Of a stretch of 64,000 bases of DNA, positions 49,867 to 62,767 are shown in pieces (within the stretch, counting starts at the first letter, position 1; the number at the start of each line of letters is the position of its first letter). This DNA comes from Octopus sinensis (lineage: Eukaryota). The DNA is taken from contig NC_043009.1 in the NCBI RefSeq assembly GCF_006345805.1, forward strand, positions 37,510,001 to 37,574,000, read 5' to 3'. The position numbers were made by a program, and so were the translations under genes. The notes under the pieces were generated by a model. That model was not told the origin of the DNA, did not search any database, and saw only the letters and a list, made by a program, of their open reading frames with translations.

Positions 49867-50043
49867 CTATACAGAATGTAAAGAGCTTCTTTGTTCATAG
49901 TCTTTATAAAATTGTAATAAAGAATCTGTGATGCGAGGTTTTACAATGTCTAAAGACTGCTCGAAATGCTTCAATTCTACAATCTCCACATCGATATTCT
50001 CTTCTAGTGCAATGAGTGCAGCTTCCTGGCACACAGCGCAAAT
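49867..50043 (-). CDS. SPATA5: SPATA5/AFG2A AAA+ ATPase, last coding exon
   Basis: tttgcAG|ICAVCQEAALIALEENI..FYKDYEQRSSLHSV*; phase 0 from the previous exon. Confidence 0.95.
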   Translation of the reverse strand: MCAVCQEAALIALEENIDVEIVELKHFEQSLDIVKPRITDSLLQFYKDYEQRSSLHSV

Positions 50044-50362
50044 CTGCAAATGTGAAGAGTGGGTTGATTATAAAAAAAGCAAACAAAAACATTTAAAAAA
50101 AAAGTATTAGTGGAAAGAAGAAAACAATGAAGACAGTAGAAGATAACAAAAGTTGTAACACGAAGAAGAAAAGTGTCAGATGGAGGCAAGAGTTGATGAC
50201 GTCGAAGAAAATAAAGACAGAAGATGAAGATTATACTGAAGAAAATAATGCTAATAGGTGCAAGCCTAGCAGATGGTTCACAAGTTCACTTCACAATTAG
50301 GTGGTTCATGGTTTAATTTCACTGCACTACTCCTTAAGTAAATGACTTTTACCATAGTTTCA

Positions 50363-50597
50363 TATTTCTTTATTGCCCACAAGGGGCTAAACATAGAGGG
50401 GACAAACAAGGATAGACAAAGGGATTAAGTCCATTACATCGACCCCAGTGCGTAACTGGTACTTATTTAATCGACCCTGAAAGGATGAAAGGCTAAGCCA
50501 AACTCAGCGGAATTTGAACACAGAACGTAGCGTCAGACGAAATACAGCTAAGAATTTCGCCCGGCGTGCTAACGTTTCTGCCAGCTCGCCGCCTTAA
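50363..50597 (-). mobile_element. tRNA-derived SINE (family A) with 18-bp TSD
   Basis: TSD acttttaccatagtttca at 50345-62 and 50598-615. Confidence 0.93.
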
Positions 50598-51499
50598 ACT
50601 TTTACCATAGTTTCAGACCAATCCATACCTTTCCAGTGAGTGGAAATTACTAGGTAGAAATTATACAGAAACCCATCAAGTATATCATCATCATTCGACA
50701 TATTTTTTCCATGCTGGCATGAGTTAGACAGTTTAACAGGAGCTGGTAAACAAGAGGTCTGCACCAAGCTCCACTAACTGCTTTGACATGTTTTTTTTTT
50801 TTGCTTTTTTTTTTTACAACTGGATGCCTTGACAATTTGATAAATACAGGCACAGATATAGCAGTGTGGTTGAGATGCTCGTTTTGCAGCCATCTCATTT
50901 GAGGTTCAGTCCCACAGCACAGCACCTTGAGCAAGTACTTTCTACTATTACCCTAGGCCAACTAATGCTTTATAGGCGAATTTGTAGACAGAAACTGTGT
51001 GGATGCATGCATGTATGTGTGTATGTATGTATGTGTCTGTGTTTGTCACCCCCCGGCTACTGCTGTACAATTGACATTGGTTTGCTTATGTACTCATAAC
51101 TAAGTAGTTCAGCAAAAGAGACCTACAGAGTAAGTGCCAAACTTAAAAATTACTACTGAGATCGATTTGTTCTACTAAAACTTTTCAAGGTGGTGTCCCA
51201 GCAGGGTTGCAATCCAATGACTAAAACAACTGAAAGATACAATCAATGAATGAGAGAGAGAGAGAGAGTGTGTGTGTGTCTTCTATTATTGTACACTGAC
51301 AAAGACAAAAGACTGAGAAGAAGAAAGGAAGATAGAACAGAAGACAAAAGAAGAGAGAAATAGAGTAGAAAAGGGGACAGAAAACAAATAAAACAAGAAC
51401 ACTCAGAGAACGCAAACCCCAACAAAGGCAACACCAAAGTCCTCTCAACGATTAGCCAGAGATGATTTTTTTAAATGAGAATATCTGAAATAAATTCGA

Positions 51500-51773
51500 C
51501 TGCTCTTACAAACAAGAATACTAAAATACTAAAAATGAACCCGACCGCTCTCAAAAATTAAGTAAAAAAAACAGGAAAAATAATCCAGAACCCTTGTCCG
51601 GTACCGCATAAATCCTAAAATATAATCAGTATGTGCCAGGCACAAGGCCAAACATCCCTGAAAGTTCCATCCAAATCCATCCAGTGGTTCTTGAGATATC
51701 TTGTCCACGAACAGCAACCAAACAAACAAGACTGAAAACAATATCTCCGCCTTTGCTAAGGTGGAGGTAATAA
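51500..51773 (-). mobile_element. Helentron/HINE-like non-autonomous element
   Basis: TTATTACCTCCACCTTAGCAAAGGCGGAG subterminal hairpin followed by a (TTTG)n-like tract. Other boundary uncertain. Confidence 0.5.
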
Positions 51774-51857
51774 TGACAACTACAATATGATAGGAGAAGG
51801 AAGAATAGAAGAATGAATAGGTGTTGACGACAAAGATATTATCAAAGAATTTCTCAC

Positions 51858-52022
51858 CTCAGCTCCTGAGTAACCTTCTGTACTTTTTGCCAGAGAATCA
51901 ATGCATACATCAGAGGCAACGGGCATGTTATTTACTCTAATCCGAAAGATATCTTTACGGGTCAACAGGTCAGGCAATGGAATATACAGAATTCTGTCAA
52001 TTCGACCGGGACGTAAAAGAGC
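51858..52022 (-). CDS. SPATA5: SPATA5 exon (D2 second region of homology)
   Basis: AG|ALLRPGRIDRILYIPLPD..STEGYSGAE|GTGAG, 165 nt. Confidence 0.96.
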
Positions 52023-53129
52023 CTTGCAAAGAAAAGTAATTATTTAGTTGTTAATGAAATGGAAATTGCATAAAAAAATTTTTTTTAAATAAAGAGAAAA
52101 AAACAACCGACAATGTTCTCATCTACCACTGTATATATTATCAAAAGAAAAGTTAGATGTCTGACAATATTTTATGCTGTATAATGGTAGACTTTTGATC
52201 CAAGAAAGACAGTTCTGCAATTTCTTGCTAAACAGTCTGCATAGACAATTTGTTTTTAGCAATCAAATGTCTGTGCTGCACATAAGCTCACTCCCTCTGC
52301 CTGCACAGGTGTACAGTGTGTCACATGCCAGATGTGAAGTAGTCATATATATATGTACGTACATATATATATATGACTACTTCACATCTGGCATGTGACA
52401 TACATACATACACACACACACACACATACATACATACATGCATACATATCAGTGGATAAAGGTCACTTTCTGTTTTAGATATGACTGCTCCAGATTTCTG
52501 AGATTAGCAAGCCCCCTACCCCACCCCCAAACATTCCAGGAAATGAAGCACAACATTTAACAAGTAATTAGAGTACTGAAGCCACATATGCTACACAAAC
52601 ACACACACTCATGATACCAAATTTATTCACAAGGCTGTTACTATAGTCCCCAGGCTGACCAAATCCATGAGAGTGGATCTGGTAGACGGAAACCGAAAGA
52701 AGCTTGTCGTATGTGCGTGTTTTTACATTTGTACTCCATGAAAGTCATGAGTTCTGAACAGTGATGTTATTGCTTTCCCTATCAAGGAATTGTTTGCTCA
52801 CTTCATGTCTTTGATGATGTGTGCAATAAGAGAGCCCTGTCTGTTATTGGAGCTGCGTTCTCTTTTGTCTGAGTGTGCATGTGTGCTTATGTATGCATAT
52901 ATGTATGTGTGTGTGTGCATGTATGTATGTATGTATGTATGCATGTATGTATGTATATATGTATCTATATATTCTGCATATTCATATCTGCGTGTGCATA
53001 TTTGCATGTATGTGTGTATTTTACATTCATCAAACTCATTTACAAAGGACGAAAAAAAAATCACATAATATGAACGACTGATAAAAATATATATAAATAC
53101 ACATGTGGATATACATGTTGCTTCGTTAC

Positions 53130-53256
53130 CTCATCTATCATATCAGGTCTGTTAGTGGCAGCAACAATAGTGACATCTTTCAGTTTCTCCACACCATCGA
53201 TTTCAGTCAGCAGTTGGGCAAGAACCCTGTCCTCTACATTACTGCCACCAGACGAG
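53130..53256 (-). CDS. SPATA5: SPATA5 exon
   Basis: ttttAG|(S)[33 protein letters not shown]|GTAAC, 127 nt, phase 2 to 0. Confidence 0.96.
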
Positions 53257-53597
53257 CTAAAATATAAACAAACAAATAAACAATAATATTAATCTCCACT
53301 GATGATGTTGATGTCATCTCCGTTTGCTCAAAGAGCATCAGGCAATGAGAGTTCTTCAAGCAGTACCATTCTGCACTCTTCTTCCTAAGTGATGCCTATC
53401 TCAGTCAAGTCTTCCCACACAGTCTTTTTGCTGTATCTTCAACTGATCTGCCTCTAATTTTCCTTCCTCCTTCAACTGTCTGTTTCACAGCTGTCCTTGC
53501 CAGTAAAGACAACCCTTACTGAGCAGGTTCAATTTTTGCTGGAAATGTTACATGCTAATCACACACATATCAGTTCTTGCAACCTTTTTCTATTATC

Positions 53598-54310
53598 CAT
53601 CATCATCATCATCATCGTTTAGCGTCCGCTTTCCATGCTAGCATTGGTTGGACAGTTCAACTAGGGTCTGGGAAGCCAGAAGGCTGCACCAGGCCCAGTC
53701 TGATCTGGCAATGTTTCTACGGCTGGATGCCCTTCCTAACGCCAACCACTCCGTGAGTGTAGTGGGTGCTTTTTACGTGCCACCGGCACAGTTGCCAGAC
53801 GGGACTGGCAAACGGCCACGGTTGGATAGTGCTTTTTACGTGCCACCGGCATGGGGGCCAGGTGAGACTGGCAACGGCCACGATCGGATGGTGCTTTTTA
53901 CGTGCCACCGGCATGGGGGCTAGGCAAGACTGGCAACGGCCATGATTGGATGGTGCTTTTTACGTGCCACCAGCACAGAGGCCAGGCAAGGCTGGCAACG
54001 GCCACGATCGGATGGTGCTTTTTACGTGCCACCGGCATGGGGGCCAGGTGAGACTGGCAACGGCCACGATCGGATGGTGCTTTTTACGTGCCACCGGCAT
54101 GGGGGCTAGGCAAGACTGGCAACGGCCATGATTGGATGGTGCTTTTTACGTGCCACCAGCACAGGGGCCAGGCAAGGCTGGCAACGGCCACGATCGGATG
54201 GTGCTTTTTATGTGCCACCAGCACGGAGGCCCGTCGGGGCGGCGCTGGCAACGGCCACGTTCGGAGGGTTCGCTTACATGCCACCAGCACTGGTATCACA
54301 GCTACAATTT
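53598..54310 (-). mobile_element. RTE 3' tail copy with ~8 tandem 62-bp units
   Basis: (g/a)gtgctttt at 53765, 53828, 53890, 53952, 54014, 54076, 54138 and 54200. Confidence 0.93.
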
Positions 54311-55709
54311 CCATAGTGTACATATTACATCATATGAAATGTGGAGAATTCCAGAAATTAACCCACTTCCAACCATGAGTAAACTCTGTTCCTGTGTCTC
54401 AAATGCACATGCATAAAACTGTGTACATTTGGTTTCCTTGCAGTAAAAGTTAATAATGATTTCTAACATACGTGATAATTTATCAAGCCGGCTGAATTGA
54501 CCCTAGTATATCATTGCTCTTTGAAAGAATGCAAAACCAACCTCAACAGGATTTGAACTCAGAATATCATGGTTTACTGATAAATGCAGTTATAAAAAAA
54601 TATTGTTCAATACTGTCTAAATACACCAATCAAACACTTAGTCTTCCTTCTGTCACGAAATCACTGCTTGAGGTTATGATTGAAGAATTAATCCCAGTAT
54701 GCAAATTTGTCCTACCAGTTAAATAGTGTTTTATATACAGGTATGACTTCTTGTAAGAAACAACAAGGCAGAGTCAGCAATGGTTAACAGTGCTTGAAAC
54801 CTCATTGGCAAAAACCATGTGGTCTTGCCAATAAGTTAGGGTGAATCTTCGAAAGCCTTTCTAAAGCAAGGCTGTATATCATCTTTTAAAATGTGCAAGT
54901 GCAGTTCAGAAAAGCCAACAAGTGACTGCTTGACAGACAGATAACATTGTGTAGCACGATTTTTGTCCTTGGGTAGCAACTGTTATTTCCTATTTGTTTA
55001 TCTCTAGAAAGTATGAAAAGTGGCTAAAATTTCCTTCAAACTTTGCTTTCAATAACGCTTATTCAAACCCCAAAGAATCCTTCTCAACACATTGCTAACA
55101 TGCTCTCCAACTACTCCTGCTCAGAGATGCACATATTGTCAGCCACTAAGAAATATGATAAGGAGGTTAAGGTCAAGCATGTGACAAGCAAATCTGTGGT
55201 ATTCAGCAGAATATCTGCTATAACAATATTTCTGTTTCAGTAACTCAGTGCTGAATCTGTCTGAAACATATTAGAAAATAGGTCAGTTTCAAAACATTGA
55301 AGTTTGAAGGGAATAGCAGTTATTTCCTTTGACTTCTAGATAGAAGCAAATAGGAAATAACATTTACTGACCAAAGACAAAAGAGAAATAAAAAATTTGT
55401 TATAGAGTGTAATCTATCTATCTGAGATAGAGTGAATGAGAAAGGTGGTGGAGATAGAGATGGTGATGCTGTTTAGCTCAGGTCGATTCTCATCAAGCAG
55501 ATTTGTAGCAGACAGGCAGTGAGCGAGGTAATATCTACAAGTCTTTTATCGTTCTAGTTATGAAACACACTGCAACATGCAATAGTAAACAGTATACAGT
55601 GCAGTGTGATGATCTGAACATGTACTCTCTCCACTGTGCAGTTTATTTCTCTATGCCTGTAAATTTTGGTAGTGATCACAAAGGAGACAGGCAAGGTAAA
55701 AGAAAGTCA

Positions 55710-56051
<342 letters not shown>

Positions 56052-56556
56052 TTAGTCATGTGTCATTGGATCATGTTGGAGCACTGACTTCAGAAGTTTC
56101 AATTGATTATATTGCCACCATTACTTATTTGTTTTCCAGTTATTAAATGGATTCATTAACTTTTGGTATAAAGGAATGCAAAGTGGATACATTGTTTTAC
56201 AGTATGATACACAAGCACAAACCCATACACTTTGTATGTATACATTTCCATGTTTGTAAGGATCAGACAAGATTCACCAAGGCAGAATTTTCTAAGACCA
56301 GACCTCTTCTTAATGCCAACCCTCATAAATGTATAGATATATGAGTGTTTCTGCATGTATATAGGTATATTCATGCATGCATCATCATCATTTAATGTCT
56401 GCTCTCCATGCTGGCATGGGTGACACAGTTTGACTGGAGCTGAACTGGAGAGCTGCACCAAGTTCCAGTTTGATTTGGCATGGTTTCTACAGCTGGTTGC
56501 CTTTCCTAATGCCAACCACTCCAGGAATGTAATACACAACACATGTATATATATAC

Positions 56557-56888
56557 TGAGACCCCCTTCAGTCATGACTGACTGTGGGATTGCACCTACA
56601 AAGTTACCCTCCCAGGCACAAGTCCAGGCAAGGTTGCTTATGGAAGACCAGCAGCAGCCCATGCATACCGGTCACCCCTCTCCACGCCACCAGTGTTATC
56701 CAAGGGAGAGGCAACGGGCAATACAACTTGGCACCAGTGACGTTGCAACTCATTTCTACAGCTGAGTGAACTGGAGCAACGTGAAATAAAGTGTCTTGCT
56801 CAAGAACACTAGATGCAACCCGGTCAGGAATTCAAACTCACAACCTCACCATCGTAAGCTCGACGCTCTAACCACTGAGCCATGCGCC

Positions 56889-56890
<2 letters not shown>
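56557..56890 (-). mobile_element. tRNA-derived SINE (family D)
   Basis: Minus head AAGGCGCATGGCTCAGTGGTTAGAGCG..GAGTTTGAATTCC; adjacent (TA)n. Confidence 0.8.
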
Positions 56891-56961
<71 letters not shown>

Positions 56962-57438
56962 TTCAATGTGTGTGTACATAATCCAGCAAACATCCCTCAA
57001 ATGTCACATCCTATACTTCTAACAAGAGACTCAATGGATAATGCAGTGCTACTCACATTACATCTGAATAAATGATGAGATGGTCACAGCTTGAATGCTT
57101 TTGGATGGAGTAGCCAAACAATTACAACTTAGCTCCACTTTCCAGTACATGGGAATATTTAATTCTGTAACAGCTTGTGTTCTTGCTGCTATTTAGTTCC
57201 CATATCAATCCTGATTGAGAAGACCTGTAAACCAAAGACATTCCAGCTGTGACTATATATCATCTGTTTGATAGAAACAGAACCACATTATGCAAAGTTT
57301 CCATTCTTTGTAAAGACAAATCTACATTTGGTTGCTACATCAAGCAACCTCACAGATGCTCCATTCGTTCATGAGTGTCTGTTTTATGTATGTGTTTTCA
57401 CTATGTGTGTATGCAAATATGTGAGTCAGACTACATAC

Positions 57439-57648
57439 CTTGATAGCAATAAAATTCAGTCCGCTCTCTGTAGCCAGGGCCTTAGCAATCATGGTCTTGG
57501 AGCAACCAGGAGGTCCATAGAGAAGTATCCCTTTACTTGGTTGAATGCCCATATTGGTGAATACTTCAGGGTGTGTCAAAGGCCATTCAATCGCTTGCTT
57601 CAGTTTCTGTTTGATATCATACTGGCCACCAATATCTGTCCAGTGAAC
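57439..57648 (-). CDS. SPATA5: SPATA5 exon (D2 Walker A)
   Basis: [48 protein letters not shown], 210 nt. GPPGCSKT is typical of AFG2/SPATA5. Confidence 0.97.
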
Positions 57649-57986
57649 CTAGAGTGACCCAAACAATATACATATATATATATATATTAGAACAACACAG
57701 TAAAAGAGTAGACAGTGCTGCTAAAACCTACATACCTTCCTCGTTGTATGGCCAAATGACACATGTCAACAGAACCACACATAAACCTAACTATCACTGT
57801 TCCTAATTTAGGTACAAGGCCAGTTATATAAGGATGAAGGGGTACATTAACACCAGTACTTGACTGGTACTTTATTTTATTGTCTTCCACTTAAAGAATG
57901 AAAAGGAAATTTGACTTTGGTAGGATTTGAACTCAAGATATACAGAGCTAAAACAAACACTGCAAGGCATTTTTTCTGATGCTCTA

Positions 57987-58530
57987 ACATCATCATTTAA
58001 CGTCCGCTTTCCATGCTGGCATGGGTTGGACGATTTCACTGAGGACTGGTGAGCCAGATGGCTGCACCAAGCTCCAATCTGATCTGGTAGAGTTTCTACA
58101 GCTGGATGCCCTTCCTAATGCCAACCACTCCCAGAGTGTAGTAGGTGCTTTTACGTGCCACTAGCATGAGGGCCAGTCAGGCGGTACTGGCAACAGCCAT
58201 GCTCCAATGGTGCTTTTTACATGCCACCTGCACAGGAGCCAGTGCAGCGGCACTGGCAACAATCTCGCTTGAACATTTTTTCATGTGCCAGCAGGGCAAT
58301 GCTGGTAACAATCACACTCGGATGGTGCTTTTTACATGCCACCGGCACAGAAGCCAGTCAGCTGCCCTAGCAACGATCATGCTCAGATGGTGCTCTTAGC
58401 ACTCCACTAGCACGGATGCCAGTCATGTGGTGCTATCATCGAATTTGATTTCAATTTCGACTTCACTTGCCTCAACAGGTCTTCGCAAGCAGAGTTTAGT
58501 GTCCAACTAAGGGAAGGTACACATAAGTGG
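57987..58530 (-). mobile_element. RTE 3'UTR copy (older, diverged units)
   Basis: catcatcatttaacgtccgctttccatgc.. through to aagtgggctgg, matching 26540-27345. Confidence 0.85.
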
Positions 58531-58680
58531 GCTGGTTACACCCCTGGCATAGGCCATGGGTTATGGTCTCACTTGGCTTGCCGGGCCTTTTCAAGCACAG
58601 CATATTTCCATATTTGATGGCATGCACTGCTTTCTCCTCCTCCTCTTCACCACCACCACCACCACAACAACAACAACAGT

Positions 58681-59544
58681 CCCTTCTACTATAGGTGCAA
58701 GGCCTGAAATTTTTTCAGGGGTTGGGGTTGATTACACTGACCTCAGTGCTCCACTGGTATTTCTTTTATTGACCCCAAATGGATGAAAGGCAAAGTTGAC
58801 CATGGCAGAATTTGAACTCGGGATGTAAAGGCAGAAGAAATGTCTTTAAGTGTTTTGTCCAGCGTGCTAACAATTCTACCAGCTCACTTTAATAATAATC
58901 CTTTCTACAATAGGGACAAGACCTGAAATTTTGGAGGAGAGGGATAGCTGATTACATCAACCTCAGTGCTCAACTGCTACTTATTTTATTAACCCCAAAA
59001 GGATAAAAGGCGAAGTCAACCTCAGCGGAACTTGAACCCAGAACACAAAGACAGACAAAATAACACTAAGCATATTACCCAGTATGCTGATTCTGCCAAC
59101 TCGCCAACTTTATAATAATCCTATCTAATATAGGCACAAGGTCTGAAATTTTGGGGGAGGTTGGTATTCAAGATTACATCAACGCCAGTGCCTCGACCTC
59201 CAAAAGGACGAAAGGCAAAGTTGATCGCAACAGAATTTGAACTCTGAACATAAAGAGGGACGAAATGTTGCTAAGCATTTTGTCCGGCGCACTAACAATT
59301 CTGTCAATTCACTGTCTTAATAATAATTATTATTATTATTTCAAATTTTGGCACAAGGCCAGCAATTTCAGGTGAGGGTGTAAGTCGATTGCATCAACTC
59401 CAGCATGCAACTGGTACTTATTTTATCGACCCCCAAAAGGATGAACAGCAAAGTCGAGCTCAGTGGCATTTGAACTCCAAACATGAACACAGACAAAATG
59501 CTACAAAGCATTCAGCATGCAAACAATTCTGCCAGCTGGCCACC

Positions 59545-59545
<1 letters not shown>
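58681..59545 (-). mobile_element. Four head-to-tail diverged SINE copies (family-A-related, different tail)
   Basis: Copies at ~58681, 58897, 59116 and 59338, each ending aggc(a/c)caag..gaaatttt and separated by (aat)n. Confidence 0.85.
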
Positions 59546-59546
<1 letters not shown>

Positions 59547-59585
<39 letters not shown>

Positions 59586-59669
59586 TAATAATAATTAATA
59601 ATAATAATAATTAATAATAATAATAATAATTGATAATAATAATTAATAATAATAATAATAATTGATAAT

Positions 59670-59722
<53 letters not shown>

Positions 59723-59750
59723 TAATAATAATAATATAATAATAATAATT
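59547..59750. repeat. (AAT)n microsatellite
   Basis: Visible. Confidence 0.97.
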
Positions 59751-59947
59751 GCAGCGTGGAAGGTGTTTGTAAGCCATTTAAGAAACACACAAAAGCCGTT
59801 CGATTCACTTCAACATTTTTGTCAGTGAACGGGTCGCGGATTTTAGCGACGAAAATATTTTGACAAATTAAACTTAAATGTTGAAGTGAATCGAACGGCT
59901 TTTGTGTGTTTCTTAAATGGCTTACAAACACCTTCCACGCTGCAATT
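59747..59947. repeat. Perfect 72-bp inverted repeat (arms 59747-59818 and 59876-59947), probable Penelope-like inverted terminal remnant
   Basis: The arms are exact reverse complements; the loop holds a hammerhead-like fold. Confidence 0.9.
59818..59867 (+). ncRNA. Variant minimal type-I hammerhead-like fold (G3-C8 swap)
   Basis: Helix I tttgtca/tgacaaa; core GTGAACGG; helix II gtcgc/gcgac; GAAA; palindromic aaaatatttt helix III. Confidence 0.45.
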
Positions 59948-60119
59948 GTTTTCGTTTCAGCACACGATCTCAGATCAAATCACTTGCTATGCGAGCACAT
60001 CTCCGTAATAATAATAACAATAATAATAATAATAATAATAATAAAAGGTGTTTGTACTGGTGATGATGATGATGTTGTTAACAACAATGATAACACAAAT
60101 ATAATTAGAAATATCTAAC

Positions 60120-60244
60120 CTGGGGCACTTCTAGTAGAACTTCTCTCATGGCACTTGGATTAGTGACATTCAAGCCATGTATCAAATGACTTACAGTCAG
60201 CCGTATACTGGAGTGGTTTCCTGTTCTCAGGGCTTTTAGACTAG
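60120..60244 (-). CDS. SPATA5: SPATA5 exon (D1-D2 linker)
   Basis: acAG|(A)SLKALR..NPSAMREVLLEVPQ|GTTAG, 125 nt, phase 1 to 0. Confidence 0.93.
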
Positions 60245-60856
60245 CTGTGTTTAAAAAAAAAAAAGGAGACATATATTAGTTTATTGCAGACTGGCATGAA
60301 TGCAGGACATTTTTTACTGACTTCATAGTAATATCTTAGCACACACAAACACACACACACACAGATATAACAAGCTTGTGCCTCACAAGGGAACTTTCCA
60401 AGTACAGATCTATAGTCAAACAAGATGTACAGAGAATCACAGTATATTACTCACACAGATATCTTTTATCTCGTATCTGTTTCAGTCATTGGATTGTGGC
60501 CAGGCTGGAGTACCACCACGAAAGGTTTAGTCAAATAAAGTGCCCCCAGTACTTATTTTTAAGCCTGGTTTTTATTGTTTCTTTTTGCCATGAGGATGTA
60601 AACAAACCAACACCTATTGTCAAATGGTGGTGGTGGTGGTGGTGGTGGAAGACCAAAACAAACACACACACAATGTGCTTCCCTCAGTTTCCATCTACCA
60701 AATTCACTTACAAAGAAGACACATGCTGAAGGTGCTTGCTCTGCAGTGGGACTGAACCCAAGACCACATGATTGAAAAGCAAACTTCTTACCACACAGCC
60801 ACACCTGCAAACATATACACATCTAATTTTAGCAGGAATATAGTAAATAAATGAAT

Positions 60857-61135
60857 CATCATCATCATCATTTAGCATCCGCTTTCCGTGCTAGCATGGG
60901 TTGGACGGTTCAACTGGGGTCTGGGAGGCCAGAAGGCTGCACCAGGCCCAGTCTGATCTGGCAACGGCCACAATCGGATGGTGCTTTTTACGTGCCACCG
61001 GCATGGGGGCCAGGCGAGGCTGGCAACGGCCATGATCGGATGGCGCTTTTTACGTGCCACCTGCACAGGGGCCAGGCGAGGCTGGCAACAGCCACGTTCG
61101 GATGGTGCTTTTTATGTGCCACCGGCACGGAGGTG
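60857..61135 (-). mobile_element. RTE 3' tail copy with three 62-bp units
   Basis: Same tail and unit as 53598-54310. Confidence 0.88.
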
Positions 61136-62649
61136 CGTAAATAAACTATCCTTGTAGTGAGTAATCTTTCTCTCATATCTCAACGTCAAAATGTGCATGC
61201 ACACACACACAGAGCTTATGATTTGGAAATTTTGCTAATAAATATTCAAGCTATGTCAGTGGAACTTCCTGGCTATTGTGTTATAATGTAAGTGGCTGAT
61301 TTTCCCACAGATACATTTACTTTTAAAGTAATACATCAACACATAAGAACAATAGCTGTGAAGTTAGAGTAATGAGTTAGCCATTACTCACCTGAAAGTT
61401 TTGCCTTGTCTTTTTTCTACCTAACTGACAAAACATGTAGCAGACATTATTGCAAAGTTAAATGGCTAATATTAGGGAAGATTGCTAATAATTCATCATC
61501 ATTATCATCATTTAATGTCTACTTTTCCATGCTTGCATGGGTAAAATGAAACATGTTCAGGCAGATCTTTTATGCCTAGATGCCCTTCCAGTCGCCAACT
61601 CTCACCTGCTTTTTAGCAAGGTAATATTTCCCCCAAGGCCAAACATGATTTTCATGGAAGACTGGAAATGAACATCATATGTATGATGTTGATGCTCGAT
61701 TGCAACCATCAGATGATGTCAAGACAAGGGGACCCACAAGCACCCACCCACACACATACATATGACAGGATTCTTTTAGTTTCTATCTACCAAATCCATT
61801 CACAAGGCAGTTGGCCTGAGATTATAGAAGAAGAGGCTTGTCCAAAGTGTTGTGCAGTTGGACTGAAATTGAAACCACATGGTTAGGAAGCAACCCCTAC
61901 AGCAGCACTATGAGATGGTAGTCATTATCATGATTGTTTAATGTCCGTTTTTCATGCTGGCATGGGTTGGATGGTTTAACAGACACTGGTCAGCCAGGCT
62001 CCAATTGTCTGTTTTGGCATGGTTTCTATAACTAGATGCCCTTCCTAATGCCAACCACTTTACAGAATGTGCTGGGTGCTTTTTACGTGCCACTGGCACA
62101 GGTGCATTTATGTGGCACCAGCACAAGTGCATTTTACATGGCACCAACATGAGTGCCATTGGCATGAGTGCATTTCACATGGCACCAGCACAAATGCATT
62201 GTATATATATATTTAATACTATCTATTGTATGTGTGTGTTAATTGTGTTAATGTGTGTTTGTGTCCCCCTTGTCCAGACATTGTATGAGATTTGTAAATG
62301 AGCATCAGTCATAGAAATGATGTCCTTCAGTTCCAATCTGCCATAAAAACATGTCCAGCCATGGGGCCCATATAACCTTGCTTAGAAACAAGTGAGGGTC
62401 AAGAAATAGGAAAATTTACTTCAATGAATTCCGTCTGACCCATGCAAGCGTAGAAAAGTGGACGTTAAAACAATGACCCTGACAATTATGACAATGATGA
62501 TAACTAGCAGTTGCCCAAGCATGCAAGTTTCCCCTCTCCATTCTACAGACATTGTCCAAGGTGAAAAAGGGAATCTGATATAACAGACACTGGTGTTGTC
62601 CCTAAATATCAATGACATCATAGGGATACTGTAATAACTTGCAACCGAC

Positions 62650-62767
62650 CTTCTTTGCAGATTGCTGAGAGGTCAGCCCCAACAAAACCATGGGCAGCAT
62701 CAGCTATGTCTTTGACTTCTGCTTCAGTGACAGTGTTGGGAATATTCTTCAGCAGCTTTTTCAGAAT
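62650..62767 (-). CDS. SPATA5: SPATA5 exon (end of D1); upstream exons lie beyond the window
   Basis: taacAG|ILKKLLKNIP..AAHGFVGADLSAICKE(A)|GTCGG, 118 nt, phase 0 to 1. Confidence 0.95.
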
